Source of the DNA: Candidatus Thalassarchaeaceae archaeon
GTDB lineage: Archaea > Thermoplasmatota > Poseidoniia > Poseidoniales > Thalassarchaeaceae
DNA length: 32,000 nucleotides
Direction: 5' to 3'
Assembly (NCBI GenBank): GCA_045568075.1
Contig: JBJLBP010000001.1
Coordinates: 870,001-902,000 of the forward strand
Shown: piece by piece, positions 9,655-17,295 of the stretch
Position numbering within the stretch: position 1 is the stretch's first letter
Layout of the letters: each line of letters starts with the position of its first letter
Made by a program: the position numbers and the translations under genes
Notes under the pieces: generated by a model
Database searches by the model: none
The model's input: only the letters and a program-made list of their open reading frames with translations
What the model was told of the DNA's origin: nothing

Positions 9655-12444
9655 TCACTGGCGCTTTGCGTCGATTTGCCGTGCTAGGAAGGAGACGACG
9701 TCAAGGATCTCGAAGTCGTGTCTTGGGTCACCTTCGAACTTGAGGCACTCGAAGTGACTGACACACTTCGGGCAACTCGTGAGCATAATCTCAGCACCTG
9801 TTGCCTTGACTTCGTCGAATCGCTCTAGGCGCAGCGCCCTACTATTCTCGTTGCAGGACATCATGCTAGATACACCGCAGCAAAGGGCATCCTCGCCGGT
9901 GTGCTCCATCTCGACCAGATCTACACCGTCGATCGCACGAACGAGGTCGCGCGGCTCTTCGTAGATGTTCATCTGACGTCCAAGTCGACAGGGGTCGTGG
10001 TAGGTGACGGTGACATCTTCAGGGGTAGCCAGATCCATGTCGAAGCCATTCTCGATGAGATATTCGGTCGTGTGCATGACCTTCATGTCCTCAAGTTCGT
10101 AATCCATTGCAAAGGTGCGGAAGCACTCTGCACAAGATGTGACTAAGGTGTCGATTCCACTGTCTCCCAGCTTCTTCTGATTGTAGGCCTTGAGTTTCTC
10201 GAAGACTTCTGTCATTCCTTGCCACTTCTGATCGTGTCCACAGCACTTTAGGAAGTCTCGACCGAGGTAAGTGACATCCTTCCCCATTTCATCAAAGATG
10301 GTGAATGCGGCAGTCGTTGTTTCTCCGAGGTTCATTTCTCCTTCATTGACATGGCTGAAAATCATCTCTTGGTCAATGTAATCGACGCAGCCGGGGTAGT
10401 AGCCAACGCTCGAATCGATTGGATACTCATCAATTGGAATGAATGCTGAGTTTGCATCTTCCTCCGCCTCTGCAGCCAATACTGCCTGGAGTATAGAGTG
10501 GGGGATTTCGGCAGCAGGTGGGCCGCCGACAATCAGGTTACGGCGAATGTCGACGTAGGAGTCATAATCGACCAATTGCGGGCAGGCGTTGGTGCAAGCG
10601 GTACATGTCAGACATGAGTACAATGGAACGCCGTCATCTTCGTTATTCCATGTATTGTAGATGATGTTGAGTTTGTCTCCAGCGTTGAAGAGGCGAACTG
10701 GACAAGCGTCATCACAAAGGTCGCAGCCGTAGCACTTGTTCATTTCCCATTCGTAGCCGCGTGCCATACTGCGCATCAGCATGAAGACGACTGCACCAAT
10801 TCCAAGGCATGGGATGAACATCGAATAGATCAACTTGGCATCAAGGCTCTTCGGATTCTTCTGGAAGGTTGGATTCTCAAGGCTCATCGCCTCAAGATCA
10901 GTTCCAGCAGGTAAGTCGGCGCGGTTTGCAGCTGCTCCGTTCGCGTCAAGTAGGAGGGGTTGGAAGGCTTTAGCCGAGAAGTCGGTGATCATTGTCACGG
11001 TCTCATTGACCTCGCTCGAAGAGATGCTATATTCGAGATTGTAATTACCCGGTGCGAGTTTTAGGGTGGTGCTACCACACTCGCCATCTGTTGACCAAAG
11101 TACCTTTCCTGCATCATTACTGATACTGAGGTCCTGAGTGTGGCTGCCAGCGTTGCGCACAGTCGTACGGAAGTTACAACCGACATCGACGAAGACGCTT
11201 GATAGTCCAATGTCTTCGACGTGTATGACATCAGTCCACGAATGTTCGATAATTGTCGAATCCACATTACCGTCGTATTCGTATGAACTACTACCAGCAA
11301 CGTTGCGGCCACTTTCGATATCGCCATGTCCATTGACACCTTCGAAGTCGATGATGGTGCTCTGAGTTGGTTGGAAAATACCCCAATTCGTCCAATGTTC
11401 GGCTGGGATGACGCACCATTTGGTATGGTCTTCACCTTCGTCTAAACTTGACCAAACTCCAAGTTCAGAAGAATCGGAGAAAGTAAGACACTCATCGCCC
11501 CAATTATCCCAATCGTCCCCTTTGCCATAATAGACGAGTGTGTCTGCGGGCTGGCCACGCATTGTCTCCAACTCCTCTACATCGTCCATTGCACCAAGTC
11601 CGCCGTAATCCCAGAAGCCGCCTTCGTAAATCGGCCAGGTAACTGCAGAGATAAGTACGGCTAGGATAATGGAACCAATTGCTACTTGCTTGCCCATATT
11701 CGGCGTCAATCTAGCACCGATTGAATTGACGAGGAACCATCTGACGCTGAAAAACAATACAGTGAAGATGAAAATTCCAGTGAGAATCCACGGCACCGCA
11801 TTGAATACCTCAGCCGTCCAAGGCGCCTGCCTTCCACAATCAAAGATATGATGCGAATTCGCCCAGCAATAATCCGTACGGTCTTTGGAATATAATTCGA
11901 GGAAGATATTGATTGAGAAGACTGAGATGAACCACACGTGTGCGAGATAGACTGCACCAGCGGTCGCAAACCAAGGGTCTTCGGCTGGGCGCTTCTCACG
12001 GCCTCCAAGGAAAGGTGGAAGAGCGAGGATACCAACTGGAATACCTGTCAGGAAGGCGCCCCACCAAGCAGCGTTCCATGAAATCACAGGGGATCCAAGG
12101 AACTCACCGATTGGACCGGCTGGAATAACAAATTGTGGTAGATATTCACCCCATCTTAGATATCCATAGGAGAACAGAACATACCAGTCAGGGAATACGA
12201 AGCCAGCCTGAGCAAATGGATCCGCTGCACTGTGCAATGGCGGTGGAATCAACCAGCAATAAAATGCCAGAACCATCATCATCGCTGCGAGAATAATCGA
12301 ATCGCGCAGGACCTCAGTAGGCCAGAAAGCGTGACCCATGTGAACTCGCCTGCGCTCTTTCTCACCTTCGAGGAGACTGCTTTTCTCACGAACATATGTG
12401 TCCGCGATGCGTCCGAATCTATCGATCATACCCATGTCAAACAC
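9655..12444 (-). CDS. Fusion protein: cytochrome b C-terminal (subunit IV-like) membrane domain + extracytoplasmic domain + HdrD/GlpC-like Fe-S/CCG domain
   Basis: 929 aa. The N-terminal region has HAFWPTEVLRD, PDWYVLFSYGYLRW (PEWY-type motif), LPPFLGGREKRP and 5 TM helices. A ~250-aa acidic domain and a sixth TM follow. Residues 568-929 carry CYGCDLCDDACP and CLTCTACTNACP plus two CCG units (PGC..KCCG..SCAEC and DPC..LCCG..SCPKC). The start is GTG 12444 or ATG 12435. Confidence 0.85.
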   Translation of the reverse strand: MFDMGMIDRFGRIADTYVREKSSLLEGEKERRRVHMGHAFWPTEVLRDSIILAAMMMVLAFYCWLIPPPLHSAADPFAQAGFVFPDWYVLFSYGYLRWGEYLPQFVIPAGPIGEFLGSPVISWNAAWWGAFLTGIPVGILALPPFLGGREKRPAEDPWFATAGAVYLAHVWFISVFSINIFLELYSKDRTDYCWANSHHIFDCGRQAPWTAEVFNAVPWILTGIFIFTVLFFSVRWFLVNSIGARLTPNMGKQVAIGSIILAVLISAVTWPIYEGGFWDYGGLGAMDDVEELETMRGQPADTLVYYGKGDDWDNWGDECLTFSDSSELGVWSSLDEGEDHTKWCVIPAEHWTNWGIFQPTQSTIIDFEGVNGHGDIESGRNVAGSSSYEYDGNVDSTIIEHSWTDVIHVEDIGLSSVFVDVGCNFRTTVRNAGSHTQDLSISNDAGKVLWSTDGECGSTTLKLAPGNYNLEYSISSSEVNETVTMITDFSAKAFQPLLLDANGAAANRADLPAGTDLEAMSLENPTFQKNPKSLDAKLIYSMFIPCLGIGAVVFMLMRSMARGYEWEMNKCYGCDLCDDACPVRLFNAGDKLNIIYNTWNNEDDGVPLYSCLTCTACTNACPQLVDYDSYVDIRRNLIVGGPPAAEIPHSILQAVLAAEAEEDANSAFIPIDEYPIDSSVGYYPGCVDYIDQEMIFSHVNEGEMNLGETTTAAFTIFDEMGKDVTYLGRDFLKCCGHDQKWQGMTEVFEKLKAYNQKKLGDSGIDTLVTSCAECFRTFAMDYELEDMKVMHTTEYLIENGFDMDLATPEDVTVTYHDPCRLGRQMNIYEEPRDLVRAIDGVDLVEMEHTGEDALCCGVSSMMSCNENSRALRLERFDEVKATGAEIMLTSCPKCVSHFECLKFEGDPRHDFEILDVVSFLARQIDAKRQ

Positions 12445-12450
12445 TCTCTA

Positions 12451-13320
12451 TCAATGCGGCTCCGCAATACCCTGAACCCAGACGATGAACAAATGTGCCA
12501 GAATGAGCGCAGTGACAACGACAGGTAAGATGAACACGTGTAGGAAATACATGCGCGTGACCGTTTGGCCCGAAAGCGATGTTCCTGCGAACATGGCGGT
12601 TGCAACCCACCCTCCGATGAGAGGGGTCGAGTTTGCCATGTTGATTCCGATTGTTGCAGCGCCGAAAGCCAGGCTATCCCAAGGAAGGAGGTAGCCCGAG
12701 TAGCCGAAGAAGATTGTGAAGAACATCAAGGCGACTCCGATAAGCCAGTTGAGTTCACGTGGGTTTCTGTATGCTCCCGTGAAATAAACGCGACACATAT
12801 GCAGGAACACAGCAGCCACCATGAAGTGCGTCGTCCAATGATGGATTGAGCGGATGATGTAGCCGAATGGAAGCTGAACCATGATGAATTCCATCGATGA
12901 GTAAGCAGGGGTCGGGTCGCCTTCTCCTCCCGGCACGTAATAGAGTCCGAGAACCGTCCCGGTAATGACTAGGATAACGAAGGCGAGGAAGGAGATCCCT
13001 CCGAGACAGTATAGAGGGTACCAATACCAAATGATTCGAAGTTTGTATTTCTCAGCGTGCGTCAGAGGCATCTGACGGTGCACGCTGTAATACGCATCCC
13101 GACTCATTCCCCAGTAATCTTGGATGCGGAAGCGAGTATCAAGCCAGGAGAATGCCCAGAGGAAGGATTTCTCCGCCAACCCCATACTTCCCGCGCTGGT
13201 CTCAACAGCACGAAGGATGTCCTTGCGGGGCATATCATCGCGCTCTTTACGCAGAGTGAATGCTACCAGCACAACGATGAGGGCGATGAAGAGCCAAAGG
13301 AACCAGAATTGTAGCATCAT
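12451..13320 (-). CDS. Cytochrome b, N-terminal (b6-like) di-haem subunit
   Basis: Helix B reads HWTTHFMVAAVFLH (H-x13-H) and helix D reads HVFILPVVVTALILAH (H-x14-H, the b6-type spacing). YSGYLLPWD and the NWLIGV region are also present. An extra N-terminal TM and ~100 aa precede the core. GAGGTGAG comes before ATGATG. Confidence 0.9.
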   Translation of the reverse strand: MMLQFWFLWLFIALIVVLVAFTLRKERDDMPRKDILRAVETSAGSMGLAEKSFLWAFSWLDTRFRIQDYWGMSRDAYYSVHRQMPLTHAEKYKLRIIWYWYPLYCLGGISFLAFVILVITGTVLGLYYVPGGEGDPTPAYSSMEFIMVQLPFGYIIRSIHHWTTHFMVAAVFLHMCRVYFTGAYRNPRELNWLIGVALMFFTIFFGYSGYLLPWDSLAFGAATIGINMANSTPLIGGWVATAMFAGTSLSGQTVTRMYFLHVFILPVVVTALILAHLFIVWVQGIAEPH

Positions 13321-13326
13321 CTCACC

Positions 13327-14181
13327 TCAGTCGCAATATGTGTACCAGTCTTTGAAGTCCGGGAGGGCTTCAATCGTATCACCCGTAATAACCCACGGGA
13401 TGAGAGGGAGGCCGACAGGAGCTGGGCCACCTGTTCGGCGGATGCCGATAAAATCGAACTCCGCTCCAGTCGAACGGTTTCGACTTCGATTCTTTTCAAT
13501 CGCCGTCGGGTCAAAGCGACTAGAGTGGCAGATACAGAACAATTTGTTGCCACCAGCATCGACCGCGCCGGGCGTCCATTGATTATTTGTGAAATCATTC
13601 TGGACCAATTGCCAGCCCGGAATACAACATAGGTGAGTACAGCGCGAGAAGATGACAACAAGATTGTCGTGAATTGATAGTGGAGCGAGTGCGGGATCTT
13701 CCTCAAGTTCGTAGCCACTACCAACGTATTTCCCGCTCTCGGTATATCCGTCCATGAATTGGAAGCGAGGCTTATCCGTAGCGATTGGAGTCGACGAGTT
13801 CTCGGAGTGAGGTACGTACATCACATTGACTGGAAGACCGGACCAGACACCCTGAGCGCCGACCATTCCGGTCGGGCTGTCAGCGGCGGCATTGACGAAT
13901 GCGGAGTATGACATAGACTCGAGGTGCCGATCACCATACCAAACAGAGTCTTCAGCACCTGAAGGCACCCAGAAGCGAACGGCAGTGTCGCCGCCGGACG
14001 ATTCTGAAGCCCCCATCAATAAGGATGCGAAGCCGATGCTACCGAGGCTAGCCATGGTGATGACACCGGCGGCGGTGTTGAACGAATAACGCATGAATTC
14101 GCGACGATCGATGACGGGATTAGATTCGGAAACCTCATCATCGGCACCCGGAAGTGAACGCAGCCTGAACCTTCTCGCCAT
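13327..14181 (-). CDS. Rieske [2Fe-2S] protein with a twin-arginine signal/anchor
   Basis: Box I is CTHLCC and box II is CICHSS, about 20 aa apart. The N-terminal DRREFMRYSF... plus a hydrophobic stretch is a Tat-type motif. GAGGTG lies upstream of the ATG. Confidence 0.9.
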   Translation of the reverse strand: MARRFRLRSLPGADDEVSESNPVIDRREFMRYSFNTAAGVITMASLGSIGFASLLMGASESSGGDTAVRFWVPSGAEDSVWYGDRHLESMSYSAFVNAAADSPTGMVGAQGVWSGLPVNVMYVPHSENSSTPIATDKPRFQFMDGYTESGKYVGSGYELEEDPALAPLSIHDNLVVIFSRCTHLCCIPGWQLVQNDFTNNQWTPGAVDAGGNKLFCICHSSRFDPTAIEKNRSRNRSTGAEFDFIGIRRTGGPAPVGLPLIPWVITGDTIEALPDFKDWYTYCD

Positions 14182-14184
14182 GAA

Positions 14185-14634
14185 TCACACCTCGTATTGT
14201 TTCCATCCTTCTGTGTCATTGGGTGGGATGAACTTGTTTCGCCTATGCTTGACAACAATTACGTCAGGCATGACAAATCGCAGATAGACGATTCCCATCA
14301 AAATTACGGTTAGTAGAGTCATTGCTAGATGGAAGGAAAGAAGCTGCTGGTCCCAGTTTTTGAACAGGCCGTAAGAGAGAGTTCCAGCCCAAAACAGAGT
14401 CCATAGAATTCCCCAAAGTGCGAATACGATTACCAACCAAGATTCGCCGGATGGAGATATACTAGCTCTGATGATTGTGCCCGGCTCTGGGTCGTTGAAC
14501 ACGCCATGGTCGACCGCTGCCTCGTAGGTTTCCTCGCTTAGGTCTACGCCGGACAATGCATCGCGTGCATCATCGATACTGACCTTACCCGACTTGACTT
14601 CGCGGAGAAGCTTCATGACGATATCGTCTTTCAC
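14185..14634 (-). CDS. Membrane protein (soluble N-terminal helical segment + 2 TM), function unknown
   Basis: 149 aa. Hydrophobic helices are WLVIVFALWGILWTLFWAG and HLAMTLLTVILMGIVYL. It overlaps the upstream gene by 4 nt and ends 3 nt before the Rieske start. Confidence 0.65.
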   Translation of the reverse strand: MKDDIVMKLLREVKSGKVSIDDARDALSGVDLSEETYEAAVDHGVFNDPEPGTIIRASISPSGESWLVIVFALWGILWTLFWAGTLSYGLFKNWDQQLLSFHLAMTLLTVILMGIVYLRFVMPDVIVVKHRRNKFIPPNDTEGWKQYEV

Positions 14635-15446
14635 AGTTGGTCACCCCTTCGAAGATGCTTGATGCGCAGTTTGAGTAGGTTGCTTCGACCCACGTAATGG
14701 CGAGAGAATCCGTATCTCAAGAAGAGTCCGCAGAATAGAATCACAAGAATCACCGCTCCAAAGCCGAGCAGGCCAAGCCAGTGGGCTCGGAGTGCAGCTC
14801 CCATCTCGTGCAGGTCGACGTGAGCCTCGGATGGTGCCGGCGGTTCGATCTCACCATTTCCGCTGAATACAGTCCGAGTTTGGCCAGAGTCTTCGCCTTC
14901 ATCAACCGAGACTGTCAGACGATTCCAGCGGTCGAGTTCAGATGGGATCCCGTCGCCATTAACGGAGTTGCCAGCAAGCCAGATAGTGATTACTCCGCTA
15001 CCAGTTTCAGGAGCGGTCCAGACAATCATCCAACTGCGATCTGCAGTCTCGCTACCGGAGCCTGTGTGAGTCAGGCTAGTAGAGTCATCTTCCCAATTTT
15101 GGACCAGGTTCTCGTATCCTTCTGCTCCGGCGAGCGAACCTGAACTAACGCGCATGGAGAAGCCGCCGGTGTTAGATTCAGTGTCAATAGCTGGCCCTCC
15201 AATCAATTGAATCTTGAGAGTGTAGGTTGTTCCTGCAGAATAATGGTAAGGTAATCCGTCGAGGATTACGGTGACTGAATTATCAGGGAGTTCAGCGTGG
15301 CATGTGCAACCTGCTAGGGCGACGTCTCCCTCGCCATCCTCGTCGCCACCGATGCCATTGGAATAACCTTGAGTTGAACCCGCTAGAAGAAGCGCGAAGC
15401 AGGCAAGAACCAGCAGTCGGTGGGAGGACATTTGATGTGCCTTCAT
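14631..15446 (-). CDS. Secreted, C-terminally membrane-anchored beta-rich protein with a single CxCH motif; first gene of the Rieske/cyt b operon
   Basis: GAGGT lies 6 nt upstream of the ATG at 15446 (MKAHQMSSHRLLVLACFALLLAGSTQG is a signal peptide). The mature part has GCTCHAE, GGFSMRV, WTAPETGSGVITIWLAGNSVNGDG. A C-terminal TM (LGLLGFGAVILVILFCGLFL) and a basic tail follow. Confidence 0.75.
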   Translation of the reverse strand: MKAHQMSSHRLLVLACFALLLAGSTQGYSNGIGGDEDGEGDVALAGCTCHAELPDNSVTVILDGLPYHYSAGTTYTLKIQLIGGPAIDTESNTGGFSMRVSSGSLAGAEGYENLVQNWEDDSTSLTHTGSGSETADRSWMIVWTAPETGSGVITIWLAGNSVNGDGIPSELDRWNRLTVSVDEGEDSGQTRTVFSGNGEIEPPAPSEAHVDLHEMGAALRAHWLGLLGFGAVILVILFCGLFLRYGFSRHYVGRSNLLKLRIKHLRRGDQL

Positions 15447-15595
15447 CCTATGACCTCTATTACGAAGCAATCCAGCCGTCTTCGGGATATCAAGGTTTCA
15501 GTTTGACCCCTACGGGGTCCCTCTCTGTGACCTCCTTCCACCGCCTCGTTCGGAACCTGCGAAACCTCAAACGAATCAACGCTCTCGATGGTTCT
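15447..15595. promoter_or_regulatory. Divergent intergenic region (Rieske/cyt b operon on -, TPR gene on +)
   Basis: This 149-nt gap between divergent starts must carry the operon promoter. It contains a perfect 6-bp/3-nt-loop hairpin, GACCCC-TAC-GGGGTC, at 15505-15519. Confidence 0.35.
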
Positions 15596-15901
15596 ATGGC
15601 CGGTCCGAGTTGGAAGAATGTCTACCGTCTTAGCGACTCGCAGATTTCGAGTTTGGACGAGGCGGAAGAGAAAATGGAGAAGATGGATATCACGGGGGCT
15701 GAGGAGATTCTTCTTCGTTTACTTGAGGAAGATTCGAAGTGTGTTCCGGTGCTGAATAATCTAGCTCATATGAATGGCAGATATCTGTCGGATTTCGAGA
15801 AGGCTGTAGAGTATTATGAGAAGGTGCTTGAGATTGAGCCCGACAATGCTTGGGCACGCGATGAAAGACGTCGCTATCAGCGCTATCTCACCTATGATTG
15901 A
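15596..15901 (+). CDS. Small TPR-containing protein
   Basis: TPR-like consensus AHMNGRYLSDFEKAVEYYEKVLEIEPDNAWA. The upstream part of the 199-aa raw ORF overlaps the opposite-strand gene, so the ATG at 15596 is preferred. The start remains uncertain. Confidence 0.55.
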   Translation: MAGPSWKNVYRLSDSQISSLDEAEEKMEKMDITGAEEILLRLLEEDSKCVPVLNNLAHMNGRYLSDFEKAVEYYEKVLEIEPDNAWARDERRRYQRYLTYD

Positions 15902-15903
15902 GG

Positions 15904-15926
15904 TTTTTCTACTCTTGGTTTTTTTT
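15904..15926 (+). terminator. Oligo-T tracts (T5 and T8) immediately after the TPR gene stop
   Basis: GGTTTTTCTACTCTTGGTTTTTTTTG begins 1 nt after the TGA. Archaeal RNA polymerase terminates at oligo-T runs. Confidence 0.4.
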
Positions 15927-16020
15927 GAGATGCCGTGACTTGATTGGCCCCTTAATGAAGCGTGTATATCGGTTGTATTGACCCGCAATTTCAAGGCGCG
16001 CCTGCGGGCCACATCATGTC

Positions 16021-16926
16021 GTGCACGAGGGGGCGATACTCATCGCAGGAGTCGGTGGGCTAGGATGTACCTGGGCGGATGCTGCCCATAGCGAGTGCGA
16101 TGGCCTCGCTGACCTACTCTTGATAGATGCTGACGAGTCCTCTTTCCGAGGTTCTGGACAAGCGCATTGTCTGCACCTTGATGCGGTAGGGGATGGAAGT
16201 GGCGCGGCTGCTCTACCTAACCTCGCAGCTCACAGATTAACTGAGGGACTCGATGCCCTTGACCCACTCCTCGAAAAGGCAGAACTGGTCTTCATTATGA
16301 CGGGACTTGGTGGAGGTACTGGATCAGGGGCAGCGAATGAGTTGGCACGTCTTGCTCGAGCAAGAAACTGCTTGGTTCTGAGTGTAGCTGGATTGCCTTT
16401 CGCCGAACAACCACTGCGAAGCGCAATCGCGAACGCAGCTCTTCCCGCGCTGGAAAAACAATCCCACGTATGCATACGCGTAAGCATGGAGAGATTGGCG
16501 TGGTATGCCCGAGCTCGAGGTGCAGATTGGCAACAGGGCTCGGGATGGATACAGGATCTGGTAGAGGGTCTAGTAACGACTCTTGCTAAGGTGGGCAAGA
16601 TGAATCTTGATTTGATGGATCTGAGAACCGTTGTTGAACATCACGGTGAAGCAACATTGATTGTAGGCTCCGGGACTGTTGTTGACCCCTCTGGAGTGGT
16701 CGATGTCGCGCGCCGTTCGCCGCTTACTGAGGTGGATGTTTCTGGGGCGAAAGGATGTATGATTCAGGTCGAAGGAGGACCTGATATGACTCTCGCCCAT
16801 CTCAATCTATTGAGTGAATCTCTCGTCAGTAGCCTCCACCCAGATTGTCAGGTAATTCTTGGAGCGCGTGCGAGCGACGAGATGGTCGGACGTCTTCGGA
16901 TAGTCGCTGTTGTCAGCGGACTTTGA
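16021..16926 (+). CDS. Divergent FtsZ/tubulin-superfamily GTPase (core only, no C-terminal tail)
   Basis: Tubulin signature GLGGGTGSGAA (T4), T7-like NLDLMDL, and an FtsZ-like C-terminal domain (GAKGCMIQVEGGPDMTL...RIVAVVSGL). The T1 loop is degenerate (GVGGLGCT). The start is GTG and the protein is 301 aa. Confidence 0.8.
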   Translation: MHEGAILIAGVGGLGCTWADAAHSECDGLADLLLIDADESSFRGSGQAHCLHLDAVGDGSGAAALPNLAAHRLTEGLDALDPLLEKAELVFIMTGLGGGTGSGAANELARLARARNCLVLSVAGLPFAEQPLRSAIANAALPALEKQSHVCIRVSMERLAWYARARGADWQQGSGWIQDLVEGLVTTLAKVGKMNLDLMDLRTVVEHHGEATLIVGSGTVVDPSGVVDVARRSPLTEVDVSGAKGCMIQVEGGPDMTLAHLNLLSESLVSSLHPDCQVILGARASDEMVGRLRIVAVVSGL

Positions 16927-16983
16927 CCTCGTCGGCTACTAAGTAGGCGAGAATTCGTTAAGCGAGGACCTCTTCGCCGATGT

Positions 16984-17295
16984 ATGCCCAAACCCAGCAA
17001 GGCTGCTCGCGGGAAGCACCGATGGGTCGGAGTAGAGGTAAATGGTGCGGGACTGAGTCGTGCTGAGTGCGAGTCGAGAATAGGAGAGATTCTGAGTCCA
17101 ATTAGTTTCAGAATGTTTGACATGCGTAGCGATTCTGAATCTGCTCTACTCATTCTCAAGGTCGGGCTTGATGATTACGATTCTACTAGAGAAATTATGG
17201 AAGCTACCGAAGGTGTCTGCACCAAAACTTCCTCGGGTAAGATTAGGCTTGTACGCGAGCGACTGGGACTGCCTCGTCCGGTCAGAAAGAGATGA
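16984..17295 (+). CDS. rnp2: RNase P protein component 2 (Pop5 homologue)
   Basis: 103 aa. RGKHRWVGVEV parallels archaeal Pop5 R.KKRYIAFKV, and the C-terminal TSSGKIRLVRERL parallels VSGTIKRLKRKF. The call is based on remembered family motifs only. Confidence 0.6.
   Translation: MPKPSKAARGKHRWVGVEVNGAGLSRAECESRIGEILSPISFRMFDMRSDSESALLILKVGLDDYDSTREIMEATEGVCTKTSSGKIRLVRERLGLPRPVRKR

Noticed and set aside
14631-15446. GCTCHA read as a c-type haem-binding site
   Set aside because: The motif is C-x-C-H, not C-x-x-C-H. I know of no haem c attachment with a single intervening residue, so no cytochrome c call is made. The whole operon lacks CxxCH.
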